Source: a virus. From it: a stretch of 64,000 bases of DNA. The DNA is taken from the IMG/VR virus record IMGVR_UViG_3300046167_000921, positions 96,001 to 160,000 of that record, one strand, 5' to 3'. The notes beneath the pieces were generated by a model that searched no databases, was not told the origin of the DNA, and saw only the letters and a program-made list of their open reading frames with translations. The translations under genes and the position numbers were made by a program. Shown here one piece after another: positions 17,257 through 27,353 of the stretch; position 1 is the stretch's first letter, and each line of letters opens with the position of its first letter.

Positions 17257-19557
17257 CTATAGGTCAAAGCCGCCGAAGAGGATGTTTCCGAGATCCTTAT
17301 CTTTTGGGGCTTCTACGTTTAGTTGAATATGCTCACTCGAGGAAAGGTTGAATTGGTTAGGGTCATAAGTGTTACTAAAGAGAGATGCAATTTTCTCACT
17401 GTCTGTAGAGTTCGCGATCCTAATCATTTCTTCCTTATAGTCTGCGGGGTTCTCTACGACCTCAGACACGGAGGCCACAATCACCTTATTGTATTTCTGG
17501 CAAGTTCCCTGAGAGTTGAAGACACAAGAACCACACTTGCTAGTTTTTAACAAGGTAGGGATCTGGTTTGCTCTGTGTATTAAAGCACCCTTATCGCACC
17601 CTTCAGTCCCATTGGACAGGTATGCCTCTGCGTCTACATAGGCGTGTCCTGAGAGACCTTCGTGCTCATCTCTTAGGGAGGCGATCTTAGATTGGTACTC
17701 ATGTACTACGTTCTCGTTGAATCTTGAGGTAAGAAGAATATTTAACTCTTCACCGACCGCTCCTTCACTCATTTTTCTCTTTAGCCAAGAAGAGACTTTC
17801 TGCTCAGTGGCACTTACAACATTAGATTTTTTATGACCCAGCACATGAGCAGTTTCTTCTCCCACATACACATTAGACTCGCTTGGTGTCGCCGCGAATT
17901 CGAAAGCTTTTCTCACGAAGTCGTTAGGGTCTTCTATAGAGCTTATCTTTTCATATTGCTCTTTGCCCAATAGTCCCGTCGATAAGAGCTTATCAACTTT
18001 TGCATTGGCGGCCTTCCAAGAATTCGCGTTGGCTCTCTTCTCTCTACTAGGGAGAGGCTCTACTGCTTTGTTTCGAGCCTTAGTCATCCTATGCTCTGTT
18101 AGGCTATACTCTTGATAAGACCTCTGCTCTGCAGGTCTGGCTATGACTTCAAGAACAGAGGCAAGCTTGTCTTCGGGTGTCTTCTTTCCTTGGATAGCTT
18201 CCCCTACTTCTTCGTAGGAGATCTCACCCGCCCTTAAGAGTTGAGATATCTTTAACATAGCGGATTTCTGACGCTTTGCGTATTCTCGTTCTTCTTTACG
18301 GGGTACACTTGCTTCCCTAGAGATCTTCTCTTTCTTCATATTGAAATATGAAGTACTCTCACCTTGCCCGCTATAATCTGATGCCGCCGACGGTCGGCTT
18401 GCCATCCTATACAAAAGGTTTATCTTCTCTGTAGGAGTTCCTTTAGAGTTTAGGGCCTTTGTTGTCTCGCTCTCGCCGAGAAACCCTTGTGAGACGAGCT
18501 GTCCTGCAATCTTCTCAAGTCTCCTTTGAGCGGTCGAAGTTTCTCTGTGTTCCCTTGAATCAACCTTTTCAACAATAGTAGAGGTTTTCTTCAGGTTACT
18601 AGTGCCGTCATGGTTAGGAAACCAAGTCTGTGTAGCAACAGACTCTGGTTGCTTGCTCATTTGAGAGAAGAGACTCTTGATCTTCTCTTTGTAGCTTGAG
18701 CCTGCTTCCTTCTCTATGCCACAAGCTTCAAACTTAGGCTTGAGCAAAGAGTGGGCTTTCTTCCAAGATATATCTTTAACACTAGCGACAACTTCCATCC
18801 CCAAGAACCTGTCAAAAGGAGTTCCTTTGGCGATCAGGTACATGCATGAAGCACACTTCTTGTTAATTTCCGCATCCCACTTTCCATTGAAGATACCTGG
18901 GAAGTGGCTCGCTCTGATGTAGACCTTTCCGTATAGACCTGAATCTTTCGAGAGCCTCCCCCTTAGCTCCTTGTCCTCTACCGATTTGAGATCTAGGTTG
19001 TCAAAAGCGAGCTTCCTGTATGCCTTTTCTTTTTTTTCTCGGTAAGAGTCACCTGGTAACTTGCTTTGTTCTTTTCGGTATGGGTTTAAATAAGGCTCAT
19101 TCTTATGGTTGGTGTTAGGGATGATAGTCGTACCATCAGTAGAGGCAGAACCCCATAGCTCTTGAAGGGCTTTGAGGTTGCTTGCCTCAGGGTCATTGAG
19201 GTTTCCCTCTTCCATATTCTTAATAACTTCTTCAAGGGATCTTACACCCTTAAGGTCGGGCTCGGGTTGTGAAGCAAGCCAAGAGTGATCCACAAGGTTA
19301 ATGTCTTGACCTGCGTCTCTTGTGAGTTCCGCCATATTCAAGTCGGCTTCGACAGCTAAGCCATCAGGCATATCAGAGTGTAGATTACCATCAGGAGGGA
19401 CGATACCTCGAGGTAAACCTGCGATCCCTTTAGCTTCAGGGAGGCGTGCTCCGTCGAGGACACCATCATTATATTCGGTGTCGAAGTGGAAGCCGTCTAA
19501 CATGTAGTTAGAACCGTTTGTAAGGGAGAATCCTCCATTGGGTGTCTTGCTACTCAT
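17257..19557 (-). CDS. 766-aa hypothetical protein with three internal helical repeats and Cys motifs
   Basis: Repeats TPTEKINLLYRMASRP / TPEDKLASVLEVIARP / DPNDFVRKAFEFAATP; KCASCMYL and KCGSCVFN...CQKY. Confidence 0.8.
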   Translation of the reverse strand: MSSKTPNGGFSLTNGSNYMLDGFHFDTEYNDGVLDGARLPEAKGIAGLPRGIVPPDGNLHSDMPDGLAVEADLNMAELTRDAGQDINLVDHSWLASQPEPDLKGVRSLEEVIKNMEEGNLNDPEASNLKALQELWGSASTDGTTIIPNTNHKNEPYLNPYRKEQSKLPGDSYREKKEKAYRKLAFDNLDLKSVEDKELRGRLSKDSGLYGKVYIRASHFPGIFNGKWDAEINKKCASCMYLIAKGTPFDRFLGMEVVASVKDISWKKAHSLLKPKFEACGIEKEAGSSYKEKIKSLFSQMSKQPESVATQTWFPNHDGTSNLKKTSTIVEKVDSREHRETSTAQRRLEKIAGQLVSQGFLGESETTKALNSKGTPTEKINLLYRMASRPSAASDYSGQGESTSYFNMKKEKISREASVPRKEEREYAKRQKSAMLKISQLLRAGEISYEEVGEAIQGKKTPEDKLASVLEVIARPAEQRSYQEYSLTEHRMTKARNKAVEPLPSREKRANANSWKAANAKVDKLLSTGLLGKEQYEKISSIEDPNDFVRKAFEFAATPSESNVYVGEETAHVLGHKKSNVVSATEQKVSSWLKRKMSEGAVGEELNILLTSRFNENVVHEYQSKIASLRDEHEGLSGHAYVDAEAYLSNGTEGCDKGALIHRANQIPTLLKTSKCGSCVFNSQGTCQKYNKVIVASVSEVVENPADYKEEMIRIANSTDSEKIASLFSNTYDPNQFNLSSSEHIQLNVEAPKDKDLGNILFGGFDL

Positions 19558-20114
19558 TTCTTCTTCCTTTCACTCAAGAAGTCCCTACTAGGGTCTTTTG
19601 GAGAGTCATCCTCTTCCTGTTCCTGCAAAGCCCAGCCTTCTGGGTCTCCCTTGATTTCTTCAATATCTTCCATAACTTGAACTAGTACTTTCTCTTGTTC
19701 AAGTTGCCAATGGTCAGCAGTGACTTCATCGTATAGGGTGTCGGACAAGGCAGAAAGAGCTTCGACAATATTCATGTATTGCCGCCTCATCGCCTTTATC
19801 TCCATAATGTAGCCTCTGCCTCCAAGATTTCCGTCTGGGGAGATGTCCCTAGACTTAATCTTAGCGAAGGTAGAATACGCACTCATGGCGTGACCTAAAG
19901 CGGATAATGTGGCCCTAAGTACTTTAGCTAGGTTCTTATTGCACTTCTTATTGTATTTGTGCTCAGGGTCCATGAACCGAGAACTAGGGGGGTGTTGCCC
20001 CCAAGCCCAAGCATTAGAATCATCTCCGTGATCTTTGATAAAGCGGACTTCGCCCGCCGTCTTAACTCGTCTTGAATATTTCCGAGCTACGCTTTTTGGG
20101 TCTGCCTTACTCAT
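19554..20114 (-). CDS. hypothetical protein
   Basis: Start reassigned to ATG 20114 behind a GAGAGG RBS; coupled to the 17257 gene. Confidence 0.75.
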   Translation of the reverse strand: MSKADPKSVARKYSRRVKTAGEVRFIKDHGDDSNAWAWGQHPPSSRFMDPEHKYNKKCNKNLAKVLRATLSALGHAMSAYSTFAKIKSRDISPDGNLGGRGYIMEIKAMRRQYMNIVEALSALSDTLYDEVTADHWQLEQEKVLVQVMEDIEEIKGDPEGWALQEQEEDDSPKDPSRDFLSERKKK

Positions 20115-20314
20115 CTGACTACCTCTCAATATCTGTTACTGAGAGAGCAGGCTTATAAATGAGATATTGAAGATCAGCACCTTATTGATCCTCAAAGAGT
20201 GAAACCTGTCTTTCTTTGACTTCTCCAACCTCGCATTCTCGACTCTGATTCCGACGTAGGATGTTTTGGCAACCAACGGGGGGGTCAAGTATAAACCCGA
20301 AGGCACACCTTCAA

Positions 20315-21271
20315 CTATTTTACCTCGGTGTTTACGATGTCATTAAGTCTGGACTTAAACTCTTCAGTCCAGCTCTTCTCCGCTGGAACATCTTTGGAAG
20401 AGGAGATGAAGTACAACTTGCCTACGCTAGGGTTAATTGAAGTGTATCCTCTGCCGTCTCTTTCATTGAGAAGGAAGTAGAAGTCACCCTGCTTGTTATA
20501 GCCTGCGGAGATGACCTCCCCTTCGTAATATATAACGGAGTATTCAGAGAGCTTGCTATCCATCAGGTCATTGAAGTTTCCATGTAGAGTTGTCTTCTTC
20601 TCCCTACTTTCGAGCATCGTTTGTGTCAAATCTCTACGAGCTTGGGGGGCTGGAGATTTACCGCCTCTGTCGTATACAACAGCAAACAGGGGCTTTGTGG
20701 CTGTAGATCCTAAGTAAGAATTAATGTTCCTAAATGCACGGTAGAGACCCACTTTGTCATGTGGTGCGAGGCTTTTCTCCCTCATCTGCTCAAGAACCTT
20801 CTCTTGCTTCTCAAGGTTGCCAGATTTCTCTGCGGCCTCGAGTTTATTTTGCAACCCTCTGATCCTTACAGGCAAGACTGCCTTGAATTTGAATTTATTA
20901 CCAGGCTTACCCGTCCTCAGGTCAATCGGTGCGACTTCAATCGTGCAATCTTCTCTTAGGTCTCTAGGTCTGGTGATATCGAGGATCACGCAGTACATGG
21001 GTTTTTCAGGCGTGTGCGTAAGTAAGCCACAGTTTTTAATATTCTGCGGGTGCGTGCATTTCTTCCCCTCGACCTTGACTACTTCTCCTACTTCGAGTGC
21101 TCCTTTCCTTTGGGTCTTTATAGATCCCTTTGGGTTAATGAAGACTCCTTGGGAAGAAAGATACGACTTTACCTCAGACTCGGTCATGCCTGTCGGGTTT
21201 GATAGCTTACCCCACGCCGCGAATGCTGCAGGGTCATTTGTGAGTGCGTTTGCACCTGATTCTTTTTTCAT
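20315..21271 (-). CDS. hypothetical protein
   Basis: 318-aa ORF with AAGGAG RBS. Confidence 0.75.
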   Translation of the reverse strand: MKKESGANALTNDPAAFAAWGKLSNPTGMTESEVKSYLSSQGVFINPKGSIKTQRKGALEVGEVVKVEGKKCTHPQNIKNCGLLTHTPEKPMYCVILDITRPRDLREDCTIEVAPIDLRTGKPGNKFKFKAVLPVRIRGLQNKLEAAEKSGNLEKQEKVLEQMREKSLAPHDKVGLYRAFRNINSYLGSTATKPLFAVVYDRGGKSPAPQARRDLTQTMLESREKKTTLHGNFNDLMDSKLSEYSVIYYEGEVISAGYNKQGDFYFLLNERDGRGYTSINPSVGKLYFISSSKDVPAEKSWTEEFKSRLNDIVNTEVK

Positions 21272-21413
21272 GATTCATTCTCCTTTGGTCACCATTCTGT
21301 TGAGTATAGATATATTATAAAAATACCTGATTGGGGCGAACAATAATATGTGTTAGATGAGCTCCGCTTATATGGAGGAGATAGGTTGCTCTAAATTCTG
21401 TTAGGAGACTCAA

Positions 21414-22703
21414 ATGCAGAAAGCCGTGATCCTCGACACAAGTGTTCTTATCCACGACCCTCAATCAATCAGATCTTATGCCGAAGACGTAAAGGTGCTG
21501 ATACCGATTTTTGTGGTTATGGAGCTGGACATACTGAAAGATACAAGCCGAAGAGAGAAAGCTCATGTTGGTGCTCTCGCTCGAAAGGCATCTTCAATCA
21601 TTCTTACTATGATAAAGGAGGGAACACTCGAGGTCGTCTCTCATGAGGAAGAGATCAACATCAAGTCTCTAGATCGAGCTTCTCAGATTCGATATGTAGA
21701 CTTGCTCATCTTGCAAACCTCTATCTTCTTTAGTAAGAAGTACGACCTAAAGCTAGTGTCTAAGGATGTTAACTTGAGGATCATTGCTGAGTCTTACGGA
21801 ATACTCTCAGAAGACTTTACCTCCGATTCTTCGACTTCAAACATCTACGACAGTCTTGGACTCAAAGAGTTTGTTCCAGATCATGTGTTGACCTCTTCTC
21901 TGGTGAAGTCTTATTGGGAGGGTGCAGTACGTATTCCTTTTGACCTTGACTTCAAGGCCTTCCAAAACGAATACTTCTGGTTCTTAGACAATAGGCAGAA
22001 GACGCATCTCTTCCAATTTAGAGACGACACTCTTTTCCCGATACACAAATCAGAACACCGCGTGAAGCCACGGAATCTAGAGCAACGTGCGGCTCTCGAT
22101 CTTTTGATGGACTCAGAGGTAGAGTTGGTCGCCCTTCTAGGTAAAGCAGGTACGGGGAAAACATATCTCGCCCTCGCATCTGCCTTAGAGCAGACTGCTC
22201 GGTATCACCGAATATTGCTCTCTAAGCCTGTCGTCGATGTTGGTAAAGGCATAGGCTTCCTTCCAGGTTCTATGTCAGAGAAGATGGAGCCTTGGATGCA
22301 GAGCTTCTTTGATAACCTCGACCAGATTAACCCTATGTGGGACACCTCACCATTGGGGCTGGAGGCAGGCTCGAAGGAGACCTTCTTAGAAAAAAACCAA
22401 ATTGAGATACAACCGATACACTCCATAAGGGGTCGTTCTCTCAAGCAGGCTTATATGATCATAGATGAAGCTCAGAATCTCACTAAGCATGAGATCAAGT
22501 CTATAATCACCAGAGCGGCAGAAGGCACAAAGGTTGTTCTTCTTGGAGACCCTTATCAGGTTGACCACCCTTACTTGGACACAAACTCTAACGGCCTTGT
22601 CTATGTCATTGAAAAAATGAGAGGTCAGTCGATCTTTGGCTGTGTGAGTCTTCATAAGTCAGAAAGGTCAACCCTCTCCGATATTGCCGCTGATCTTTTG
22701 TAA
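21414..22703 (+). CDS. phoH: PIN domain-PhoH family ATPase fusion (PhoH2/YlaK type)
   Basis: N-terminal PIN VILDTSVLIHDP...VVMELD...SKDVNLRI; PRNLEQ, GKAGTGKT, IRGRSL, IIDEAQN, GDPYQVD. Confidence 0.93.
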   Translation: MQKAVILDTSVLIHDPQSIRSYAEDVKVLIPIFVVMELDILKDTSRREKAHVGALARKASSIILTMIKEGTLEVVSHEEEINIKSLDRASQIRYVDLLILQTSIFFSKKYDLKLVSKDVNLRIIAESYGILSEDFTSDSSTSNIYDSLGLKEFVPDHVLTSSLVKSYWEGAVRIPFDLDFKAFQNEYFWFLDNRQKTHLFQFRDDTLFPIHKSEHRVKPRNLEQRAALDLLMDSEVELVALLGKAGTGKTYLALASALEQTARYHRILLSKPVVDVGKGIGFLPGSMSEKMEPWMQSFFDNLDQINPMWDTSPLGLEAGSKETFLEKNQIEIQPIHSIRGRSLKQAYMIIDEAQNLTKHEIKSIITRAAEGTKVVLLGDPYQVDHPYLDTNSNGLVYVIEKMRGQSIFGCVSLHKSERSTLSDIAADLL

Positions 22704-22740
22704 TTTATCTATAATACTCTGGTTGAAAAAGGAGTATTAG

Positions 22741-23301
22741 ATGTTAAGTATGATCGAACGAATTGTGTTGAATAGGTTTCTTAATAAAAAGAAATACAAT
22801 CAGAGGTCTGTGTACGGTTTCTTGTGTAGGAAGATCTTTCTCGCTTCTCATAAAATTGTGTCGAAGAAAGAGGTTGAGGTTCTAGGTTCGTCTTTGTCTT
22901 CATATAGAGAAGGTGTGCCACAATACAACACCCCTATTAAGGTAATATCGGGGTTCGAGTCCATTGTTAAAATTACAATAGACCCAAAAGACCTTTTTAA
23001 CGTACCTTGGCTATCCAAGGAACTCAAGATCTTAGCGGTAGCTCTTACGAAGTCGGGTAAGAAGTATCTCAAGTCCTTGCCCGTGGAAGTAACTGCAGAA
23101 CTTCTCGGCTTTGAGGAACACGAGGACATTCGCGTGCCACTAGGTTACGTAGTGGATGAGGTTTTTGACGACGAAACAAGGTACGGGTTTGGGGTAACCT
23201 CCATCGGGAAGACCCCTTCGGGGAAATTGGAATTTACCCTCAAGATGAATGTGGTGACTTACCCTTCTCTAAGAAGTGAGAGTCTTTACCCTGACTTCTG
23301 A
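22741..23301 (+). CDS. hypothetical protein
   Basis: ORF with AAGGAG RBS. Confidence 0.65.
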   Translation: MLSMIERIVLNRFLNKKKYNQRSVYGFLCRKIFLASHKIVSKKEVEVLGSSLSSYREGVPQYNTPIKVISGFESIVKITIDPKDLFNVPWLSKELKILAVALTKSGKKYLKSLPVEVTAELLGFEEHEDIRVPLGYVVDEVFDDETRYGFGVTSIGKTPSGKLEFTLKMNVVTYPSLRSESLYPDF

Positions 23302-23485
23302 ATTGAATCGCGAGGGTTTCTCCTTCCATGTGGACATCAAAAGTCCCTTCATGCAGGAATAGCTCCTTGCCTCCTATCTTAACCGATACCTTGTTAAAAC
23401 CTTTTGCTTCAATGGGGTCTACGCCTATGAGTATGACAGGCAGAGTCTTCTCCTCATAGCTTGAGTGGATTCCCTTTGTCATCAA
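23240..23485 (-). CDS. hypothetical protein
   Basis: ORF track; follows the 23454 gene on the same strand. Confidence 0.5.
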   Translation of the reverse strand: MMTKGIHSSYEEKTLPVILIGVDPIEAKGFNKVSVKIGGKELFLHEGTFDVHMEGETLAIQFRSQGKDSHFLEKGKSPHSS

Positions 23486-23957
23486 AGAGCCTTTCTACTT
23501 CATAAGAACCGTCTTCTCCCATTTTAACAGTCCAGAGGTCTTCTGAGGACTTGTGTATGAGGGCAGGTTGTTCAGAGGCAAAGCACATAAGAGAAGGCCC
23601 GCTTAAAACTATAAAGTGTTCATCGAGGTTAGCTACTTTCATGCTAGCGACTTTGAGGAAGTCAGAGGGTATCCTGTCAATCTTGTTGCGGTTATCGAAT
23701 CGGACAAAGATTTCACCCTCTAAGCTCGTTATCTCCCCGTCGGGGGTGTCTACTGCGACAACGGTACCCTTTGTGCCTGACGAGGGTAATTGGCTTGGTA
23801 GTATAATGCCGTTGTTTGTGTGGGCTACCACCCTAGTACCTTGTTCAAAGGAGGGCGTTGCTGTCCGTCTCTTTCTGTCCGTCAGGTCAGAGATGGTGGT
23901 CGAGAGTATAGAATCCAGACCTGAAGTCTTCGATGGGTTCGCAAATGAAATGTTCAT
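23454..23957 (-). CDS. hypothetical protein (SH3-like GTKGTVV...IFVRFD segment)
   Basis: Start reassigned to ATG 23957 behind AAGGAG and an upstream CCCTTTATTAAT motif. Confidence 0.7.
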   Translation of the reverse strand: MNISFANPSKTSGLDSILSTTISDLTDRKRRTATPSFEQGTRVVAHTNNGIILPSQLPSSGTKGTVVAVDTPDGEITSLEGEIFVRFDNRNKIDRIPSDFLKVASMKVANLDEHFIVLSGPSLMCFASEQPALIHKSSEDLWTVKMGEDGSYEVERLFDDKGNPLKL

Positions 23958-23998
23958 AACTTTTCTCCTTTTCTTACTCCCTATTAATAAAGGGAATA

Positions 23999-24271
23999 TT
24001 AACCAACGAAGCACAATAGGTAGTTCACACATAGAAACTGAGATCCTTTTGCGTCTAAGGGTCTATTGTCCTTGCTAATCTGTATTTCTGATCTCATATG
24101 ACAATCAGTGTCGAAGAAAATCGTGCTTCCTTCTTTTTCCTCGCACATACCCCTGACAAACCACAGGTAGTGCTTCATCTTGAGTTCTAATATCTTGTCT
24201 GTTACTTCTCCAAAGTCTGTTGACAGGTACTCTTCTATCTGCCCTTTACTTTTGAACACTATCCTATACAC
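23999..24271 (-). CDS. hypothetical protein
   Basis: GGAGG RBS; ORF track. Confidence 0.55.
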   Translation of the reverse strand: MYRIVFKSKGQIEEYLSTDFGEVTDKILELKMKHYLWFVRGMCEEKEGSTIFFDTDCHMRSEIQISKDNRPLDAKGSQFLCVNYLLCFVG

Positions 24272-24346
24272 ACTTCCTCCTTTTTTTCTGTTTGGGTGCG
24301 TGTGGTTTCTTATAAGAGGGTAGAATGTCTATGATAGGAGAGTAAC

Positions 24347-25279
24347 ATGAAAAGATTATATTGGTCACATATTAGTATGGTGAGGAAATGCCCTCTAAGA
24401 TATCTTTGGTACAAAGGTCACCCCGACCACGATCTTGGTGCGGGCTTCGGTAAGCCCAAGCCTTTGGCTTTTGAGGAGAGACCTAGTGAGCATTTTAAGC
24501 TCATGGGGTCGGTCTTATCAAAGGTGGTGGAGGTTATGTATAATGATCGACTCTTAGAGAACCCAAAAGATTGCTTGTCAAAACTTACAGAGATTGCTCA
24601 AGGGGAATTTGAAGAGCTGGAGCAGACTCATCACATCATGTGGACGTATCTCACAAGGGAAGAAGCCATGAAGGTTTGTCTCGACGGCGTTCGGAACTTC
24701 TTAGAGATTGTCAAAGACCACAAGATGATCTCTAAGACCTATGCTCAGTCTGAGCTAAGTATGACACCCCAGATCAATAAAAGCCTGAAAGTATGCGGTA
24801 TCGCAGACCTTGTATACCGAGACTTAGACGGGAAACTTTGGATACTTGATGGTAAGAACGCCTCTACACCTATGAAGTATGAAGATGAAGACCAATTGAA
24901 ATGGTACGCTCTCTGTTTCAGGCTTGAGTATGGTGTTTTGCCTGATAAGCTGGGGTTCTTCTACTTTAGATATCCGAAGTCGAACCCTCCAAAGAAGAAC
25001 CCAAGCCCTAGTTCTGAGTGGACAGGGCTGGTTGAAGTTTCTTTAACTGAGGATGACATCAGGAGACTAGGTAACGAAGCAATCGAAACTCACAGGCTCA
25101 TTGAGCGGGGAGTTTTCGAGGCAAACCCTGTACCCAAAAACTGCTCTTTCTGTGACTTTGAGAATATCTGTGAAGCGAGGCAGGAGCAAAAGAAACTTAA
25201 CGCAGCTAAACGTAAGCCAAAAGAGCCGAAAGAATATGAGAATTACAAGGTGCTTACATTAGGGAGTATGAAGCTATGA
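24347..25279 (+). CDS. PD-(D/E)XK exonuclease, Cas4/AddB-like with probable Fe-S cluster
   Basis: N-terminal KCPLRY plus C-terminal CSFCDFENIC (1+3 Cys); GIADLV...ILDGK; QLKWYAL. Confidence 0.88.
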   Translation: MKRLYWSHISMVRKCPLRYLWYKGHPDHDLGAGFGKPKPLAFEERPSEHFKLMGSVLSKVVEVMYNDRLLENPKDCLSKLTEIAQGEFEELEQTHHIMWTYLTREEAMKVCLDGVRNFLEIVKDHKMISKTYAQSELSMTPQINKSLKVCGIADLVYRDLDGKLWILDGKNASTPMKYEDEDQLKWYALCFRLEYGVLPDKLGFFYFRYPKSNPPKKNPSPSSEWTGLVEVSLTEDDIRRLGNEAIETHRLIERGVFEANPVPKNCSFCDFENICEARQEQKKLNAAKRKPKEPKEYENYKVLTLGSMKL

Positions 25280-25536
25280 ATACAGAGGCGATATTACACA
25301 AAAAGCAAGATCTTCTATCTCGTAGAGAAAGACTGCTTGGTAAACTAGAGGCGGCTAGAGAGAATCTTTCCAAGATAGATGAGAGGTTGAGGGAGAAGGG
25401 TATAGATCCAGAATCCCTTGAAGACGAAATCAATCGGCTTCGATCAGAAAACGAAGCCCAAAAAGCCAAACTGACTCAGGCACTAGAGCTTGCAGAATCG
25501 GTTATTGAAAAAATAGAAAGTAGAGTAAGAGGATGA
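25276..25536 (+). CDS. coiled-coil protein
   Basis: Heptad Leu/Glu/Lys pattern; ATGA-coupled on both sides. Confidence 0.75.
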   Translation: MNTEAILHKKQDLLSRRERLLGKLEAARENLSKIDERLREKGIDPESLEDEINRLRSENEAQKAKLTQALELAESVIEKIESRVRG

Positions 25537-26738
25537 AAATATCTATATCCACCCAAGACCTAAAGTCCGCAGTCACGTTAGCTTCTAACACACTAGGCGT
25601 GGCTTCTGATATCACTAGCCACTTCGTATTTGTGAAGGATGGGAATGGGGCTAGCGTAATGTCTTGCTCTCTCCCTCGAACCTTCTCTAAAGTTCCTTTG
25701 TTAGGTGCTCAGGTAACAGGGGAGGGTTCTTTCACCGTTGAAGGTAAGAGACTAATCCAAATGTTGGGTGCTGTAACAGGAGTGGTCAACATTGAAATGG
25801 GTGACGATAAGAATGTGAAGTTCACTCTCCCTAATGGACAGCTTGCGTTGACGAGCCTAGACCCTGACTCATTTCCTTCATGGTTGTCCCGTGTAGATAC
25901 GGCTTCTCAAATGAAGGATACGAAGGTCTCCGCTTCAATCTTGTTCGACACATTCAACTCTTTGAAGAGTTATGTCTCTACAGAAGAGAGCAGGTCTGAG
26001 TTGGCTCAGTTGTATGTTGACTCAGGTAAAGCTTATGCTTGCGATGGCTTTGGGATGTCTGTCGCTCGATCTGAGAGCCTTGACGACCTGTCTTTGAAGA
26101 TCCACACTAAGGATATTTCACCACTCTTAAAGTTCCTCAAGAGTAAGGAATCGGATCAAGTAGAGATCCTCAAGGGGGATCAATCTTCTTTCTTTAAGGC
26201 AGAGGACGGAAGTCTCTTTGGCTTGATGGATATCCCTTCCAATTATCCTAAAACAATCCTCAGCTACGCGGAAGCCTTCGATTGGGTGCCTCAGAGAGTA
26301 TGGGGTGTCAAGAAGGGGAGTTTGAACACCGCGATCAAGTTCTTGAGAGCAGGTGCGGATAAGGATGATCTGAAGGTTAGCCTTACTGATGAGGGGGATA
26401 TGCTTCCCTTAAAGCTCTCAATGCGACCTAGCAACGGAAGAGGCGAGCTGAGCTACAGCTTGAGTCCCGCTTCTCTCGAAAACCCAGACCAAGCAATAGA
26501 GCTCTTCACATCACCTGATGAGAAGATGTTTGTTGAGAGGTCTCGTAAAGGAGAGACGGAGGAGTCTTTTGACTCATTCTCTTTCAACTACCAATATATG
26601 ACCCGTGCGATAGAGTCTATGTCTTCTGACAACATCTTCATCGGGTGTAACCGAGAGAACAACAAGGGCTATATGATCTTTAAGGTTCTTCAAGACTCTG
26701 GTGTAGAAACCGTAAGTGTCGTAGGTTGGATGGTCTAG
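25533..26738 (+). CDS. dnaN: DNA polymerase III beta sliding clamp
   Basis: MKISISTQDLKSAV...GEGSFTVEGKRL...SLDPDSFP...AYACDGF...FSFNYQYM follow the DnaN three-domain pattern; 401 aa. Confidence 0.85.
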   Translation: MKISISTQDLKSAVTLASNTLGVASDITSHFVFVKDGNGASVMSCSLPRTFSKVPLLGAQVTGEGSFTVEGKRLIQMLGAVTGVVNIEMGDDKNVKFTLPNGQLALTSLDPDSFPSWLSRVDTASQMKDTKVSASILFDTFNSLKSYVSTEESRSELAQLYVDSGKAYACDGFGMSVARSESLDDLSLKIHTKDISPLLKFLKSKESDQVEILKGDQSSFFKAEDGSLFGLMDIPSNYPKTILSYAEAFDWVPQRVWGVKKGSLNTAIKFLRAGADKDDLKVSLTDEGDMLPLKLSMRPSNGRGELSYSLSPASLENPDQAIELFTSPDEKMFVERSRKGETEESFDSFSFNYQYMTRAIESMSSDNIFIGCNRENNKGYMIFKVLQDSGVETVSVVGWMV

Positions 26739-27353
26739 ATGGACATCCGATCCCGACTCTCTTACCTAGAGGTGTTACACAAGAGCTCAGTCTCACGGGT
26801 GCGTTCTTTAGAGACGGAGGTCGGACTTCTTGAAGTTTCTCTTGATCTCGCTAATGAGGCGAACCTCATCCTTGACCGTCTTGCAGAAGACGAGGTTACT
26901 CAAGGTGTCTCAGCCTATGTGTGCCTCTTAGAGGAGGGGTTGAAGGCAATCTTCCCTGAGCAAGAGGTAGGTTTGCACGCAGAGGTCTTGAAGCTCAGAG
27001 GTAAGGTGTCTGTAAGACTCAAAACCAGCTTTAAAGGCGAGGATGGTATAGAAGTGGTGGGTGAGGGTCTGGATTCCTTTGGCGGTGCTGTGGCGACAAT
27101 CCAGAGCCTTCTCTTGAGGGTGTCTCTGGTCTTGAAGAGAAACCTCAGACCGCTCTTGGTACTTGATGAGACTTTCCCTTCAGTAGATGTCGGTCGGTCT
27201 GAGATCTTAGTTGGATTTCTAAAGGTTCTTTGCCAGAGACTCAATATGGACATTCTCTGTATTAGTCACGATTCTACGATTGCAGATGGTGCTGACATAG
27301 GTTACAAAGTCACTGCTTCTAAGACAGGGGCGAAGATTAAGAGAATCACATGA
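26739..27353 (+). CDS. C-terminal half of a Rad50/SbcC/SMC-type ABC ATPase
   Basis: Coiled-coil, then signature-like FGGAVATIQSLLLRVS, Walker B LVLDETFPSVD, H-loop ISHD; no Walker A. Confidence 0.85.
   Translation: MDIRSRLSYLEVLHKSSVSRVRSLETEVGLLEVSLDLANEANLILDRLAEDEVTQGVSAYVCLLEEGLKAIFPEQEVGLHAEVLKLRGKVSVRLKTSFKGEDGIEVVGEGLDSFGGAVATIQSLLLRVSLVLKRNLRPLLVLDETFPSVDVGRSEILVGFLKVLCQRLNMDILCISHDSTIADGADIGYKVTASKTGAKIKRIT

Noticed and set aside
24347-25279. CRISPR adaptation module
   Set aside because: The Cas4-like nuclease is solo, with no cas1/cas2 or array; its context is recombination and replication.
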